Source: an uncultured Gammaproteobacteria bacterium
GTDB lineage: Bacteria; Patescibacteriota; Microgenomatia; UBA10105; UBA927
Length of the DNA: 64,000 nt
Assembly: GCA_964449585.1 (NCBI GenBank)
Contig: CAYUZE010000003.1
Coordinates: 4,021-68,020 of the forward strand
Direction of reading: 5' to 3'
Part shown: in pieces, positions 46,168 to 56,517 of the stretch
Numbering within the stretch: position 1 is the stretch's first letter
Layout of the letters: every line of letters begins with the position of its first letter
The notes under the pieces: generated by a model
Databases searched by the model: none
Told to the model about the DNA's origin: nothing
Seen by the model: the letters and a program-made list of their open reading frames with translations, nothing else
Translations under genes and position numbers: made by a program

Positions 46168-48342
46168 ATGGCATTTAAACTGAAAAAACCGAAGCGAAAA
46201 TACCATAAACGCAAAGGACTTGGGCTGAAACTTAAAAAGCAGACCGTTTATACGGTAGCGGCAATTTGGTTTTGGCTTTTTGCGGGCGCGATCTGTCTTT
46301 CCTTTTTCGGTGAGGGAAGCATGTTATCCGCACTGCGCGAAAGCCTGACTGCTCACTTCGGATGGATCATGTACGTGCTTCCTATATTCCTTGTTTCCGC
46401 AAGCACCCTGTTTTTTAAGGTGAAGTCGGAGCTGGGTAACCAGAATGTGCCCATGGGGTTGGGAATCATCATCGTGGGACTTATGGCACTTACCCGCGCC
46501 GGTGATATCGGTGATACCCTTTGGTTACTTACCTCGGATGCCATTGCTCCCGAAGGCGCGACGTTATTGTTTTTAGGCGTCGTGCTCATCGGCTGCATCG
46601 TACTTTTTAACACGTCGCTTGATCGCTTCATTAACTTCCTGCTTATGGGCATGCAGACCATCCTTGAATGGATCGCGTCGCTCGGGAATAAACAACAGAA
46701 AGCACCGCTTATCATCGGAGGCACCCAAAAAGAACCGCTCAAAATACGGGAAACCGATGAAGAAAAACAGCTCCACAAAAAACCGATGACTCCCCCGCCG
46801 GTCCCGGCAAAACAGGGTCCCGTAGTAAAAGAACCGCAAGCAGCGGGGTCACTGACGATGAACAGTATGAACAATAGTCAGGATATGAAGTTATGGGAGT
46901 ATCCTGAAGTAGGGATTCTTTCGGACGGTCCCGGAGAAAAGGCGGATCGGGGCGATGTGCGAAAAAATGCCGACGTTATCGAAAAAACGCTTGATAGTTT
47001 CGGTGTGCAGGCAGACGTGGTGGAAGTAAACCCGGGACCCGCCGTTACGCAATACGCGATAAAATTATCGCTCGGGACAAAAGTATCGAAAATAACTTCG
47101 CTTGCCAGCGATATGGCGCTTGCCCTTGCCGCTCCGACGGGACAGGTGCGTATCGAAGCGCCGATCCCCGGACGGGATCTTGTCGGAATAGAAATCCCGA
47201 ATCGGGGACTCGAGTTTGTCACCTTGAAACGCATGTTGCTTTCAGACCCGATGAAAAAAGCAAAGAGTAAGCTTGCCGTTGCCATGGGTCTTGATGTTTC
47301 GGGAAATCCGTTAATCGGCGATATCGCAAAAATGCCGCATGTACTGGTTGCGGGTACCACCGGTTCCGGTAAGTCGGTGTTACTCAATGCCTGGATTTGT
47401 AGCTTACTGTATCGGACGACGCCTGCCGAAGTACGTCTTATTCTTGTCGATCCGAAGCGCGTGGAACTCGTCGGCTATAACGGCGTTCCGCATCTTCTTA
47501 CCCCCGTGATCGTCGAAGTGGATAAAATACTTTCCGCCCTTCGTTGGGCGACGCAGGAAATGGAACGACGATATAAGCAATTTGCCGAAGTAGGGGTACG
47601 AAACCTTGACGGATTTAACGAACTGTCGGGATTCCAGGCCTTGCCGTACATCGTGATTATTATCGACGAGCTTGCCGATCTTATGGGATATGCGCCGGTC
47701 GAGGTTGAAGATACGATTTGCCGTATTGCCCAAATGGCGCGGGCAACGGGGATTCATTTGGTTGTCGCGACGCAACGACCGAGTGTGGACGTCATCACAG
47801 GTCTTATCAAAGCAAACATCCCCGCTCGTATCGCATTTAACGTATCTTCTATGATCGATTCACGGGTCATTATCGACATGCCCGGAGCGGAAAAATTGTT
47901 GGGACGCGGCGACATGTTATACGTGCCGCCCGACCAGGCGAAGCCGATGCGTATTCAGGGAACCTTTGTTTCCGATAAGGAAGTGACGAAAGTGGTGGAG
48001 TTTTTTAAGAACACGCAGGCGGAAGTGCACTATACGGAAGAAGTGTTAAGCCAGCCCGCTATCGCGATGAAGAAGGGCGGCGGAGGGGCGGGGGGCGGCG
48101 ACGGAAAGGATCCGCTATTTGAAGATGCGTTGCGGCTCGTGTGCCAATACGACAAGGCCTCCGCATCCCTTTTGCAGCGACGGTTGTCAGTAGGCTACGC
48201 ACGGGCGGCAAGAATCCTTGATCAGCTTGAAATGGCGGGAATTATCGGTGCCGGCGAGGGTTCCAAACCCCGAGACGTACTGATTAAAAACCCCGACGAA
48301 TACCTCGCAAGCCAGCAGCAGGCACAAACCCAAGAAAGTTAG
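46168..48342 (+). CDS. ftsK: DNA translocase FtsK/SpoIIIE
   Basis: N-terminal TM segments, a linker, Walker A GTTGSGKS and a C-terminal gamma wHTH domain. Confidence 0.85.
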   Translation: MAFKLKKPKRKYHKRKGLGLKLKKQTVYTVAAIWFWLFAGAICLSFFGEGSMLSALRESLTAHFGWIMYVLPIFLVSASTLFFKVKSELGNQNVPMGLGIIIVGLMALTRAGDIGDTLWLLTSDAIAPEGATLLFLGVVLIGCIVLFNTSLDRFINFLLMGMQTILEWIASLGNKQQKAPLIIGGTQKEPLKIRETDEEKQLHKKPMTPPPVPAKQGPVVKEPQAAGSLTMNSMNNSQDMKLWEYPEVGILSDGPGEKADRGDVRKNADVIEKTLDSFGVQADVVEVNPGPAVTQYAIKLSLGTKVSKITSLASDMALALAAPTGQVRIEAPIPGRDLVGIEIPNRGLEFVTLKRMLLSDPMKKAKSKLAVAMGLDVSGNPLIGDIAKMPHVLVAGTTGSGKSVLLNAWICSLLYRTTPAEVRLILVDPKRVELVGYNGVPHLLTPVIVEVDKILSALRWATQEMERRYKQFAEVGVRNLDGFNELSGFQALPYIVIIIDELADLMGYAPVEVEDTICRIAQMARATGIHLVVATQRPSVDVITGLIKANIPARIAFNVSSMIDSRVIIDMPGAEKLLGRGDMLYVPPDQAKPMRIQGTFVSDKEVTKVVEFFKNTQAEVHYTEEVLSQPAIAMKKGGGGAGGGDGKDPLFEDALRLVCQYDKASASLLQRRLSVGYARAARILDQLEMAGIIGAGEGSKPRDVLIKNPDEYLASQQQAQTQES

Positions 48343-48350
48343 GCGGCCTC

Positions 48351-48989
48351 ATGAAAACAGTGGGCACGATGCTCAAAGAAGCCAGAGTCATGAAGGGATT
48401 AAAACCCCGGGATATTGAGCAGGCCATAAAGATTCGGGAGAAGTATATCCTTGCCATAGAGGCCGATACGTTTGATGTGCTGCCGTCACCGTCGTATGCC
48501 AAAGGATTTGTCAGAAATTATGCCGAATATTTGGGATTACCTACCGACGCGGTGATGGCATTCTTTCGACGGCAAACAACCGACATTTCCCGTGCAAGCC
48601 TGCTGCCCAAGGGGGTCGCTGATCCGCTAAACGCACCCATCGTCCATCTGACGCCGGGTCGGTTTATCGGGCTCATCGTCGGCATATTATGCGTTGTATT
48701 TTTCCTCTACCTTGGTATGCAATATTTTGAAATCGGAAAAGCGCCGCCGCTTACCGTCACCAGTCCGGCAAATCAGCAAATTGTGACCAGCAGCAGAGTG
48801 GTGGTGGAAGGAAAAACCGCACCCGATACCACCATTATGATAAACGGTGTCTCGACCGTTGTTCGTGACGACGGACGATTTTATGAACAAGTTGCAGTGG
48901 AACCGGGAGTGAATAAAATCACTATCGTTGCCACAACACGATACGGAAAAGTCACCACCGAGGTTCGTGAAGTCGGATATCAGCCGTGA
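48351..48989 (+). CDS. RodZ-like helix-turn-helix membrane protein
   Basis: N-terminal Xre-type HTH (LKEARVMKGLKPRDIEQAIKIREKYILAIE), a TM and a C-terminal beta domain. Confidence 0.5.
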   Translation: MKTVGTMLKEARVMKGLKPRDIEQAIKIREKYILAIEADTFDVLPSPSYAKGFVRNYAEYLGLPTDAVMAFFRRQTTDISRASLLPKGVADPLNAPIVHLTPGRFIGLIVGILCVVFFLYLGMQYFEIGKAPPLTVTSPANQQIVTSSRVVVEGKTAPDTTIMINGVSTVVRDDGRFYEQVAVEPGVNKITIVATTRYGKVTTEVREVGYQP

Positions 48990-49054
48990 TAGCAGATGGG
49001 GTCTGATCGGTTGACAGAAAATGCAATTTCCGCCATACTGAATACACACTGCCC

Positions 49055-49327
49055 ATGGATCCCGTTCAACTCACTATCATCGTTATCAGCTTTATCCTCA
49101 CGCTGCTTCTCGTGCTTCTCGGTGTACAGGTGTGGTATATCCTAAAGGAAATACGCACGGCAATCGTAAAAACCAACACGATGCTTGATGATGCGAAGAA
49201 AGTCACCGGTACTGTCGGTGACTCGGTTGCGAGTATGTCAGGGGTAGTAAGCGGTATAAAGGCGGCTTTGTCGGTGTTCCGTTCGTTCGGGAAAAAGAAC
49301 GACGGGGGAGGAGAAGAATATGTCTGA
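49055..49327 (+). CDS. small membrane protein (DUF948-like)
   Basis: N-terminal TM followed by a helical region. An 8-bp overlap couples it to the next gene. Confidence 0.3.
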   Translation: MDPVQLTIIVISFILTLLLVLLGVQVWYILKEIRTAIVKTNTMLDDAKKVTGTVGDSVASMSGVVSGIKAALSVFRSFGKKNDGGGEEYV

Positions 49328-49706
49328 AAACCACAACAATGACGGAAAGTTTCTTTTCGGTTTCTTTATCGGCGGGCTTATCGGCGCGCTCATAATTTTT
49401 TTCATGGGAACGAAAGAAGGGAAAAAGACCGGTAAGATGCTTGAAAATAAAGGACGCGATTTACTTGATGAATTTGAGGAAAAACTCGATGCATTACAGG
49501 AAAAGGGCAAAGAGTTGGTTCGCCAGGGTGAGGAAATGAAAGAAAAGGTGATCGATACGCTTGACGGGAAAAAGGATGAGGTGACGGAAGCCGCCGCCGA
49601 AAAGATAGATATCGCGTTGGCACATATTCAGGAAATGCAGCAAAAAGGCGCGGAAACAACCGCAACCTTGCGAAAGCAATTCAAGAACATCCCCAAGAAG
49701 AAGTAA
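49320..49706 (+). CDS. YtxH-like membrane protein
   Basis: Gly-zipper TM (FLFGFFIGGLIGALI) followed by a long charged helix. Confidence 0.4.
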   Translation: MSENHNNDGKFLFGFFIGGLIGALIIFFMGTKEGKKTGKMLENKGRDLLDEFEEKLDALQEKGKELVRQGEEMKEKVIDTLDGKKDEVTEAAAEKIDIALAHIQEMQQKGAETTATLRKQFKNIPKKK

Positions 49707-49712
49707 ATAACG

Positions 49713-51098
49713 CTACTTGCGCTTGTAGATAATCTGGTCACCGTTTCGATAGTGAACTTCGTATCGTGTGTCTTTGGGAAGCGTCAGTTTTACGGCTTCG
49801 ATATCGGCACCGAAAAAATTATTATAATTTTGTCCGTCCCGCAGATCCAATACAAAATATTCCGGCATGAAATCTTCATACACGCCCCGCAGTAAAAACA
49901 CCCGGTGCGTATGAATCATGTGCGGAGCGATATTGTTCATAGTCATGACCGTCGTCCCCTTCGGTACCCGGGAAATGAGGTCGTTAAGGAATGCAAAGTT
50001 TTCCGTGTTTTTATAGAATGCCGGATTGTACGAAAGCCCTAACGGACCGCGCAGCACAAAACGATGCAACACGATACTCGTCATGATGAGAAATACGCTC
50101 AGTGCAAGAAAAATGGCGCGACTTTTTACTTTTCTTTCCAACGTATGAAAACCCATGACGGTGGAGAACGCCAGGATGACTGCCATTTGCGCGTTGTAGT
50201 GAAGACCTAGCCCCCATCGCAGCGTAAAGTCGTTCTGCAAAAATCGCGTCGCAAAATCCTGCAGCATGAGAAGAAACGCGGGAGGGTACAAGAGCGGCAA
50301 AAACCCGAAACTTACAAAACTCATCAGCACCGTTTTTCGCTTTATCGGATCGTCAACAAACATTGAGAGTATCCGCAGGGGATTCGGATCAAGATGCGGG
50401 GTGTAAAAATACGGTCGACCGTAAAAGTACGGAATAATCACCTGTGTTGCGAGTACTCCCCAGAGAAGTGAAATAAATCCCGTAACTATCGCAATGTGCC
50501 GCCATTTTGCGTTGAACAGATAGATAAACATCCCGAGTGCAACTCCTAAAAGCGCACTGCTTTCCTTAAAACCCAAGGTAATAAGGAAACACGTCCAAAA
50601 GAGCAATTTCTTTTTGGTGACGACCGCATAGAAAACACCCATCAGCGGAAGCGTCATAAACGTTACCTCATGAATATCGGCAATAAGCGCATTTTGCAGA
50701 CCGACAAACAGAAGATAGGAAATAACGACGGCAAACCTCGCCAATCGGGTTTTGAGAACATTTGTTGCGATGGTATAAAGAATGAGCGCGCTGCCGCCGA
50801 CGGCGATTGCCTGGGCGATAAGCAGCACCTCCGCACGATCGGTAAACCAATATAGGGGACTTAAGAGAAATATGCTCGGACTGAAATGATCCGCAAATAT
50901 TACTTTTCCGCCGATGACGAAATGATCGATAACCGGGGGAACAAAATGCGCCACCCTCCAGATTGCCTGATCAAAAATGCCGAAGTCATAATAAAAAACC
51001 TCAAATTGCCAGAATCGGTGGAGGGATACCAATGCGGCGGCGAGCGTATAAACGCATATAAACAAGTACGTCATCCAGTCCGTAAGGGTGCGTTTCAT
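49713..51098 (-). CDS. polytopic membrane protein (DUF2079-like)
   Basis: About 12 TM segments and a FDFGIFDQAIW motif. The start is placed at MKRTLTDW. Confidence 0.35.
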   Translation of the reverse strand: MKRTLTDWMTYLFICVYTLAAALVSLHRFWQFEVFYYDFGIFDQAIWRVAHFVPPVIDHFVIGGKVIFADHFSPSIFLLSPLYWFTDRAEVLLIAQAIAVGGSALILYTIATNVLKTRLARFAVVISYLLFVGLQNALIADIHEVTFMTLPLMGVFYAVVTKKKLLFWTCFLITLGFKESSALLGVALGMFIYLFNAKWRHIAIVTGFISLLWGVLATQVIIPYFYGRPYFYTPHLDPNPLRILSMFVDDPIKRKTVLMSFVSFGFLPLLYPPAFLLMLQDFATRFLQNDFTLRWGLGLHYNAQMAVILAFSTVMGFHTLERKVKSRAIFLALSVFLIMTSIVLHRFVLRGPLGLSYNPAFYKNTENFAFLNDLISRVPKGTTVMTMNNIAPHMIHTHRVFLLRGVYEDFMPEYFVLDLRDGQNYNNFFGADIEAVKLTLPKDTRYEVHYRNGDQIIYKRK

Positions 51099-52027
51099 TG
51101 TGGAATCTTGTTTGCAACCGCCACACAACAGACGACGATAAGACCTCCCAGTATTTCAGGCGGCGTAATTATTTCACCGTAGAGGATAAATCCCAAAAGC
51201 AATGCAAAGACGTTTTCCAACAGCAAAATCTGACTGCCGAAAACCGCGTCAAGATGTTTGAAGGCATATATTTCAATCGGGTTTACGATAACGTTCATCA
51301 ATCCGCCGATGGCAAGCCCCGTCAACACGTGGGGATTTTGAAACGCCGTCAGGGAAAACGTTTCGCCGCGGAAGATGGCAAGAATCCAACCTGAAATTGC
51401 GGCAATTCCCATAACCATAATCGTAATCTCCTGTGTGTTAAGGTGCGCGCTCAAAAGTTTTCTTCCGACAAAAAACCACGCCATGGTGGCGGTGGCGATA
51501 AGGGTAAAAAATTCGCCGCTGCCGAATGCCTCAAGTCGCGGCAAATATGACTTGGTTGCAACAAGACCGATTCCCACAAGTGAACAGCAAAGCAACAGCG
51601 TCAGTTTTGCATCAAAGGATTTCTTCAAAAAAATAAAAGAATAGAGGTACGAAAAAAACGGTACTGATGCAAAAATCACGGCGACATTCACAAGCTTCGC
51701 GTTTAACGCTCCCAATGTCACAAAGTACACGGCAATCGAGTAGCCGATCGTACCCATGGTAAAAAGTATCCATAGATCGGAAACGGGAGTTTGCAGAATA
51801 TGCGCCGGGCGCAAATTTTTCCGAAAGAAAATACCCAGCGCAACCACCGCAATACCTATGCGCATATATACCTGCGTCATGGGAGGAAATCCCTCCGCAA
51901 GGAGTCTTGAGCCGACGGAGAGAAGCGTATACGATGCCGCAACGATCACAAGAAAGCCGATAGAAAGCTGTCGGGGTGTAAGGGCGCCAATAATCGGTAG
52001 GTTAACCCGTTGCCGCTTTTTTGAGTT
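51095..52027 (-). CDS. EamA/DMT-family transporter
   Basis: Ten TM segments forming two EamA repeats. The start is placed at MNSKKRQ. Confidence 0.55.
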   Translation of the reverse strand, partial: NSKKRQRVNLPIIGALTPRQLSIGFLVIVAASYTLLSVGSRLLAEGFPPMTQVYMRIGIAVVALGIFFRKNLRPAHILQTPVSDLWILFTMGTIGYSIAVYFVTLGALNAKLVNVAVIFASVPFFSYLYSFIFLKKSFDAKLTLLLCCSLVGIGLVATKSYLPRLEAFGSGEFFTLIATATMAWFFVGRKLLSAHLNTQEITIMVMGIAAISGWILAIFRGETFSLTAFQNPHVLTGLAIGGLMNVIVNPIEIYAFKHLDAVFGSQILLLENVFALLLGFILYGEIITPPEILGGLIVVCCVAVANKIPQ

Positions 52028-52991
52028 CATGATATAAGTTATCCTCGATATCGATTTGTCCGGATTGCAACCGTTTCTTTGTGAGGATATTACCCCGCTC
52101 TCCGGGAAGCATGATTTCCGTTTCTTCGGAAAGTTTTTTGGTTTCCTTGACCCGCTTGCCGAGTTTTGCCACGTTTGCCGCAAACTCGGTGCGGTCGGTG
52201 ATAAGCTCGGGGTCGATAACGAACACCAGGTTTCCCCAGTTCCCCGACGTGTCGCCGAATCCGGTAAATGAAGCGCCGACCAAGGGGCCCGTCAGTATTT
52301 CCACCATGAGCGCAAGCCCCGCTCCTTTGTAACTTCGGTCAAACGGGCGAAGTGCCCCGTCCATTGCTTTTGCGGGATCATCCGTCAGTTTTCCGTCACG
52401 GTCGTAGGCAATGTCGGAAGGTATTTTCTTTCCGGCGGTTTTCGCCTCGATAAGCCCGTAATAGGCCATTGCGGCGGTCGCCATATCAAGCACCAGCGGA
52501 TCGGTATCGGTAGGGATGCCGATTGCCAGGGGATTGGTTCCGAAAATCGGTTCATAGGATCCGTGATACGCAACGGTTTCCGGAGATCCCGCAAATACGA
52601 ATCCGATAAGTCCCTCACGGCCGATTTGGTTTGCCCAATACCCGAGTGCACCCGTGGAACTATTGGTGTCATGGGTACCGACGATCCCGAATCCGTGCTC
52701 TTTTGCCTTTGAAACGGCGGTGGTGACCGCCTTGTGCATCACGACCGCGCCGGGGTTTTTGGCACCGTTAATTCGTGCGGAAAGTTTAGTTTCCTTTTCT
52801 ATCGTGATAGTTCCCGCCTGCGGATTTTTGGGGATTCCTTTACCGATGAGTTTGACTATGCCCTGATTGTTCCCCCGAAGCTGTGCATAGAGAAGCATGT
52901 CTAAAATAATTTTTGCTTCATCGTCGTTGTATCCCTGTTTTTTAAGCGCAAGCAAACCAAGGTTCGTTAACTCGGTAATGGGAATAACCAT
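52002..52991 (-). CDS. Ldh_2 family (malate/L-lactate/sulfolactate dehydrogenase type 2) oxidoreductase
   Basis: Sequence pattern typical of the PF02615 family (GNNQGIVKL..., HDTNSSTGALGYW). Confidence 0.65.
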   Translation of the reverse strand: MVIPITELTNLGLLALKKQGYNDDEAKIILDMLLYAQLRGNNQGIVKLIGKGIPKNPQAGTITIEKETKLSARINGAKNPGAVVMHKAVTTAVSKAKEHGFGIVGTHDTNSSTGALGYWANQIGREGLIGFVFAGSPETVAYHGSYEPIFGTNPLAIGIPTDTDPLVLDMATAAMAYYGLIEAKTAGKKIPSDIAYDRDGKLTDDPAKAMDGALRPFDRSYKGAGLALMVEILTGPLVGASFTGFGDTSGNWGNLVFVIDPELITDRTEFAANVAKLGKRVKETKKLSEETEIMLPGERGNILTKKRLQSGQIDIEDNLYHELKKAATG

Positions 52992-53021
52992 AATCCTCCT
53001 TTAAAAAATCTTTCGTCCTGC

Positions 53022-53870
53022 TTATTTTAGCAACAGCACACCCATAAAGGCTAGTACGGTCGCAACAATTTTACGCTCCAGATGGCTTCGTTCATGGAGC
53101 AGCAGAATGCCTCCCGCAACGGTGAAGATGCCCGATGTTGCGGAAATCGGATTGACCCGGGATGCTTCGGCAAGGGACATTGCCTGAATATAGAGGATGT
53201 AACCGGTGACATTGAGTAACGCCGCCAATGCAACTTTCCATCCTCCGATATGAAATTCCCTCACCAATTCCTTTTTCCGTACTCCGGGAAACGCAATGAT
53301 GATAATCGGAAAGCACCATACCGCAAAGCTATACAGCGTTGCGGGAAGCGGGGCGGAAGCGGGTTTATCAAGCACGCTGGTAAGCCCCAGGAAGACGGCA
53401 CATAACACGGCATACCAAAACGGCCGGGTAAGTGAAAATTTCGGATTCTTATAGATAAGAAGGAGGGATGCGGCAATGATAAGCAGCACCCCGACAAGTT
53501 TTGCGACGGTGAACGGTTCGCCGAGAAAGAGAATCGCTCCGGCAAATCCGATAACGGTACTTAATCGAAAAATAATGGCAAAGGTAGAAGCATCCACTCC
53601 CTGTCTGGCATAAAACTGAGTTCGTTCGTAAAACCCGTACAGAATGACCGTTGAGGCAAGGAGGAGATATTGCACGGGCGTAAGTGTTCCAAGGGCATCG
53701 AGTGAACCGCGCTCGAAAAGAAAAAGCAGAATGGCAAATAATGCGCCCCATACATTAAACACCACTGCAAATATCCGGGGTGAACCAGTGCGCACCGCAA
53801 GAACACGCATTAAAAGTTCCTGAGAAGCGAAAATAAGTGCACTGGCAATTGCCAGGAAAAACCACAACAT
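53022..53870 (-). CDS. EamA/DMT-family transporter
   Basis: Ten TM segments forming two EamA-like halves. Confidence 0.55.
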   Translation of the reverse strand: MLWFFLAIASALIFASQELLMRVLAVRTGSPRIFAVVFNVWGALFAILLFLFERGSLDALGTLTPVQYLLLASTVILYGFYERTQFYARQGVDASTFAIIFRLSTVIGFAGAILFLGEPFTVAKLVGVLLIIAASLLLIYKNPKFSLTRPFWYAVLCAVFLGLTSVLDKPASAPLPATLYSFAVWCFPIIIIAFPGVRKKELVREFHIGGWKVALAALLNVTGYILYIQAMSLAEASRVNPISATSGIFTVAGGILLLHERSHLERKIVATVLAFMGVLLLK

Positions 53871-53950
53871 GAAATGCAGTATACGCTTCTCCTCTCAAGT
53901 TTTCGAGAGCGCATTTCGTACCGGAATCCTCCGATGGTATAATTCTTATC

Positions 53951-54595
53951 ATGAAACCGTATCTGGATGTTGACGAAAAATATTTCGGTTTTCTTTTTCA
54001 TTATTACCGGGCGGAAGTATATAGGGAAACAAATTGGCGAAGTCGAATGGATGTGACGACCAATTGGGCGATTGTGGTGACGGGCGTCATCCTCTCGTTT
54101 GCTTTCGGCGAAGGAAACGCACCGCATACGATTATCATCTTAAACTACCTTATCGCGCTATTTTTTCTCTATATCGAAGCCAGAAGATATCGTTATTACT
54201 CTATGCTCCGTATGCGGACACGACTTATGGAGGAACATCTGTTAGCCCCGATATTTTCGGGAGCGATACCCGAAGAGAAAGATACCTGGAGTAAAAAACT
54301 TGCCGAAAATCTCGCAAAACCGAGGGTTTCGATGTCAAAAATCGAATCGCTTGCCTGGAGAATCCGACGGCAATACATATTGTTACTGACCGTAATTTTT
54401 ATCGCCTGGATCGCCAGGATATTTACGCATCCTACTCCGGTATCGACGCTCGAAGCGGCGATAGGACAAGCGGGTATTTGGGGAGTGCCGGGAATTGCAG
54501 TGTTTTGTGTTTTACTCGGTTCACTCCTCTGGTGTATGGCGCTTGCGTATATTTACGTGCCGAGAGCGGCGGTGTTAGTCGATGATCTTCCCTAA
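53951..54595 (+). CDS. hypothetical membrane protein
   Basis: 214 aa with about 5 TM segments and no known motif recognised. Confidence 0.35.
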   Translation: MKPYLDVDEKYFGFLFHYYRAEVYRETNWRSRMDVTTNWAIVVTGVILSFAFGEGNAPHTIIILNYLIALFFLYIEARRYRYYSMLRMRTRLMEEHLLAPIFSGAIPEEKDTWSKKLAENLAKPRVSMSKIESLAWRIRRQYILLLTVIFIAWIARIFTHPTPVSTLEAAIGQAGIWGVPGIAVFCVLLGSLLWCMALAYIYVPRAAVLVDDLP

Positions 54596-54913
54596 TTCCG
54601 AAGCCAGCCATGCCCGATAGTTCTTCGTAACATACGGCAGAGGGATACCGATAATTTCCGGATTTTCATAGGTGTGCTGGGCGAGCACGGCTTTTTCTAA
54701 CCGGTCCCACCGGTCTTTCATTGTTTTGACCATAAGGATTGCCTCTTCGGCATAATCAACTTGATTTTTCCCCGGCGGCCAAAGAAATAGAGAGTCAACC
54801 CGGGGAATAATTTGTGTGCAGGCGGCGAGCTTCTTTTTCAGCAACATTTCCCCCAGTTGCTCCGCCTGCGTTTTATCGGCACACGAGACCATAACCAACA
54901 ATGCTTCATTCAT
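54575..54913 (-). CDS. cutA: divalent-cation tolerance protein CutA
   Basis: The 112 aa align with CutA1 (VMVSCADKTQAEQLG...HTYENPEII). Confidence 0.75.
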   Translation of the reverse strand: MNEALLVMVSCADKTQAEQLGEMLLKKKLAACTQIIPRVDSLFLWPPGKNQVDYAEEAILMVKTMKDRWDRLEKAVLAQHTYENPEIIGIPLPYVTKNYRAWLASELGKIID

Positions 54914-54922
54914 ATTACCTCC

Positions 54923-55267
54923 TTACCGTTTAATCACGCGATGTTGTTTGGGTTTCCATGCGGGGGCGCAAACGATGAATAGCGCGAAATGTCCCTCCCA
55001 GTAATACTTTTCATTCGGTTTTAGAAGGATGCAGTCTCCCATTTCTATGGGTGTTTCTTTTCCCCGATGCCCGATGATCCCGTTGCCGCTTAACACCAGT
55101 ACCAACTCCGTGGAGATAGCATTAGTTGCAAACCCCTCTTCAGGGTATCTGCCGGAAATAATTGCGGTCGCGCCGCTTATCCGCCGCTCCCGCATCACGT
55201 ATTCTTCGACGGAAGTCGTTGCGGATGCGTCCACGCGCCTGGTTTTTTTCTGTTTAACAATCTGCAT
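54923..55267 (-). CDS. cupin domain protein
   Basis: Small beta-barrel motif pattern (G...H.G.E...G) typical of the cupin_2 family. Confidence 0.4.
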   Translation of the reverse strand: MQIVKQKKTRRVDASATTSVEEYVMRERRISGATAIISGRYPEEGFATNAISTELVLVLSGNGIIGHRGKETPIEMGDCILLKPNEKYYWEGHFALFIVCAPAWKPKQHRVIKR

Positions 55268-55276
55268 ACGAGACGG

Positions 55277-55582
55277 TTATACTTCTCCCGTTTTTTTTGC
55301 GGCTTCAAGAAAACGCGTGCGGTACAGTGATTGCTCTTCTTCGGAAAAAAGCGTCAGCATTTCGAAGGTTATCGTCGTCGTATTGTTTTTTGTTTCGGCT
55401 TGGCTTGCGGCGGCATAGCCGTAAAAGCGCCACTCATGGTCGACAACCAGAACGGCAATACGGAGCGGAAACGCCCGTTCCCGTTCAAGCGTTACGGTAT
55501 AGTGTTTCCCGACGATAAGAGAGGCAAAGTCAAACGATCGGGGAGGACGAAGTAAGGTATTAAGTTCCGTCAGGTAACCCAT
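55277..55582 (-). CDS. hypothetical protein
   Basis: About 101-aa ORF. The start is placed at MGYLTELN to avoid overlapping the upstream gene. Confidence 0.25.
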   Translation of the reverse strand: MGYLTELNTLLRPPRSFDFASLIVGKHYTVTLERERAFPLRIAVLVVDHEWRFYGYAAASQAETKNNTTTITFEMLTLFSEEEQSLYRTRFLEAAKKTGEV

Positions 55583-55607
55583 ACGTGGAAGTATTGTACC
55601 GCTCCCG

Positions 55608-56405
55608 TTAGCGTTTGTCGAAAAATCCGTGCAACAGCAGGGCAACAACAACGGTGATGCCGCTTACGATCACCATCATGACCAGTTGTGCCATCTTCTC
55701 GTTGGTGAACCAACTTTCTTTTACCGGTACTCCGGTCGGTGTTGCTGAAATAACGGGGGCAACGGTGGGAGTGACGGTAACCGTCGGTTGGGTGCCGAAA
55801 AATAACAACGGTTCGTCCGTTACCGCCGAAGGTGCGACAGTCGGGGTGGGTATCGGGGTCCGTTGCGGCGTGGGGGTGAGTTTATTTTCGGTGACCACAA
55901 CCGAATAGGTACAGTAACTGGGATACGATGAAAATACCTGGTTATTATCCCGTACCCTGCAAGTGGTGTTATACGTGCCCGCCTGGGTGTACGTGTACGT
56001 GGTGGTAATGGAACCGAACTGTCCCGTACCTTTTTCCACCAGGCGTTTTTCACTGCCGCCGAATCCGAATTCCGCTGCGGTGATGTCGTTATCGGGATCA
56101 AAGCCTGCGCAGGCAAACGTCACCGTAAGCGGCTTGGCTCCCGACCCCGGGCTTACCGAAAGTCCCGTGCATCTTGGAGGGCTGTTGGTGGGAGTCGGCG
56201 TAATAGTCGGCGTGATCGTCGGCGTGGGGGTAATCGTGGGTGAGGGCGTAAGGGTCGGGGTAGTCGTCGGTGTGGTTGAAAGGTCGGCTCTGCTCCGTAC
56301 GTCCGCGTTATCGGTCCGTAGCGCCCACAGCAGGAGCGGGAGGCCGAAAATAATGATAAGTATGACGATAAAAAACGGCAGGCGCTTCATACAATAATCG
56401 ATCAC
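55608..56405 (-). CDS. surface protein with signal-anchor, Pro/Thr linkers, PKD-like domain and C-terminal TM anchor (paralog of 22817-23545)
   Basis: TPTITPTPT repeats. The core CTGLSVSPGSG...ITAAEFGFGGSEKRLVEKGTG...TTYTYTQAGTYNTTCRVRDNNQV aligns with the other paralog. The C-terminus has a TM followed by DKR. Confidence 0.5.
   Translation of the reverse strand: MIDYCMKRLPFFIVILIIIFGLPLLLWALRTDNADVRSRADLSTTPTTTPTLTPSPTITPTPTITPTITPTPTNSPPRCTGLSVSPGSGAKPLTVTFACAGFDPDNDITAAEFGFGGSEKRLVEKGTGQFGSITTTYTYTQAGTYNTTCRVRDNNQVFSSYPSYCTYSVVVTENKLTPTPQRTPIPTPTVAPSAVTDEPLLFFGTQPTVTVTPTVAPVISATPTGVPVKESWFTNEKMAQLVMMVIVSGITVVVALLLHGFFDKR
56192..56278. repeat. short tandem repeats encoding PT linker
   Basis: GTCGGCGTnATnGTC-type units repeated about 5 times, in-frame within the minus-strand gene. 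Confidence 0.5.
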
Positions 56406-56517
56406 TTACGAGTATATACCCATTGCGAAGAAAAATGCGAGAGTGCACTCATGAAGGATCGGAGTGGGTCTCCCGAAGCGGCATGTTTTCTTACTTTCCC
56501 ATGGTATAATGCGATAC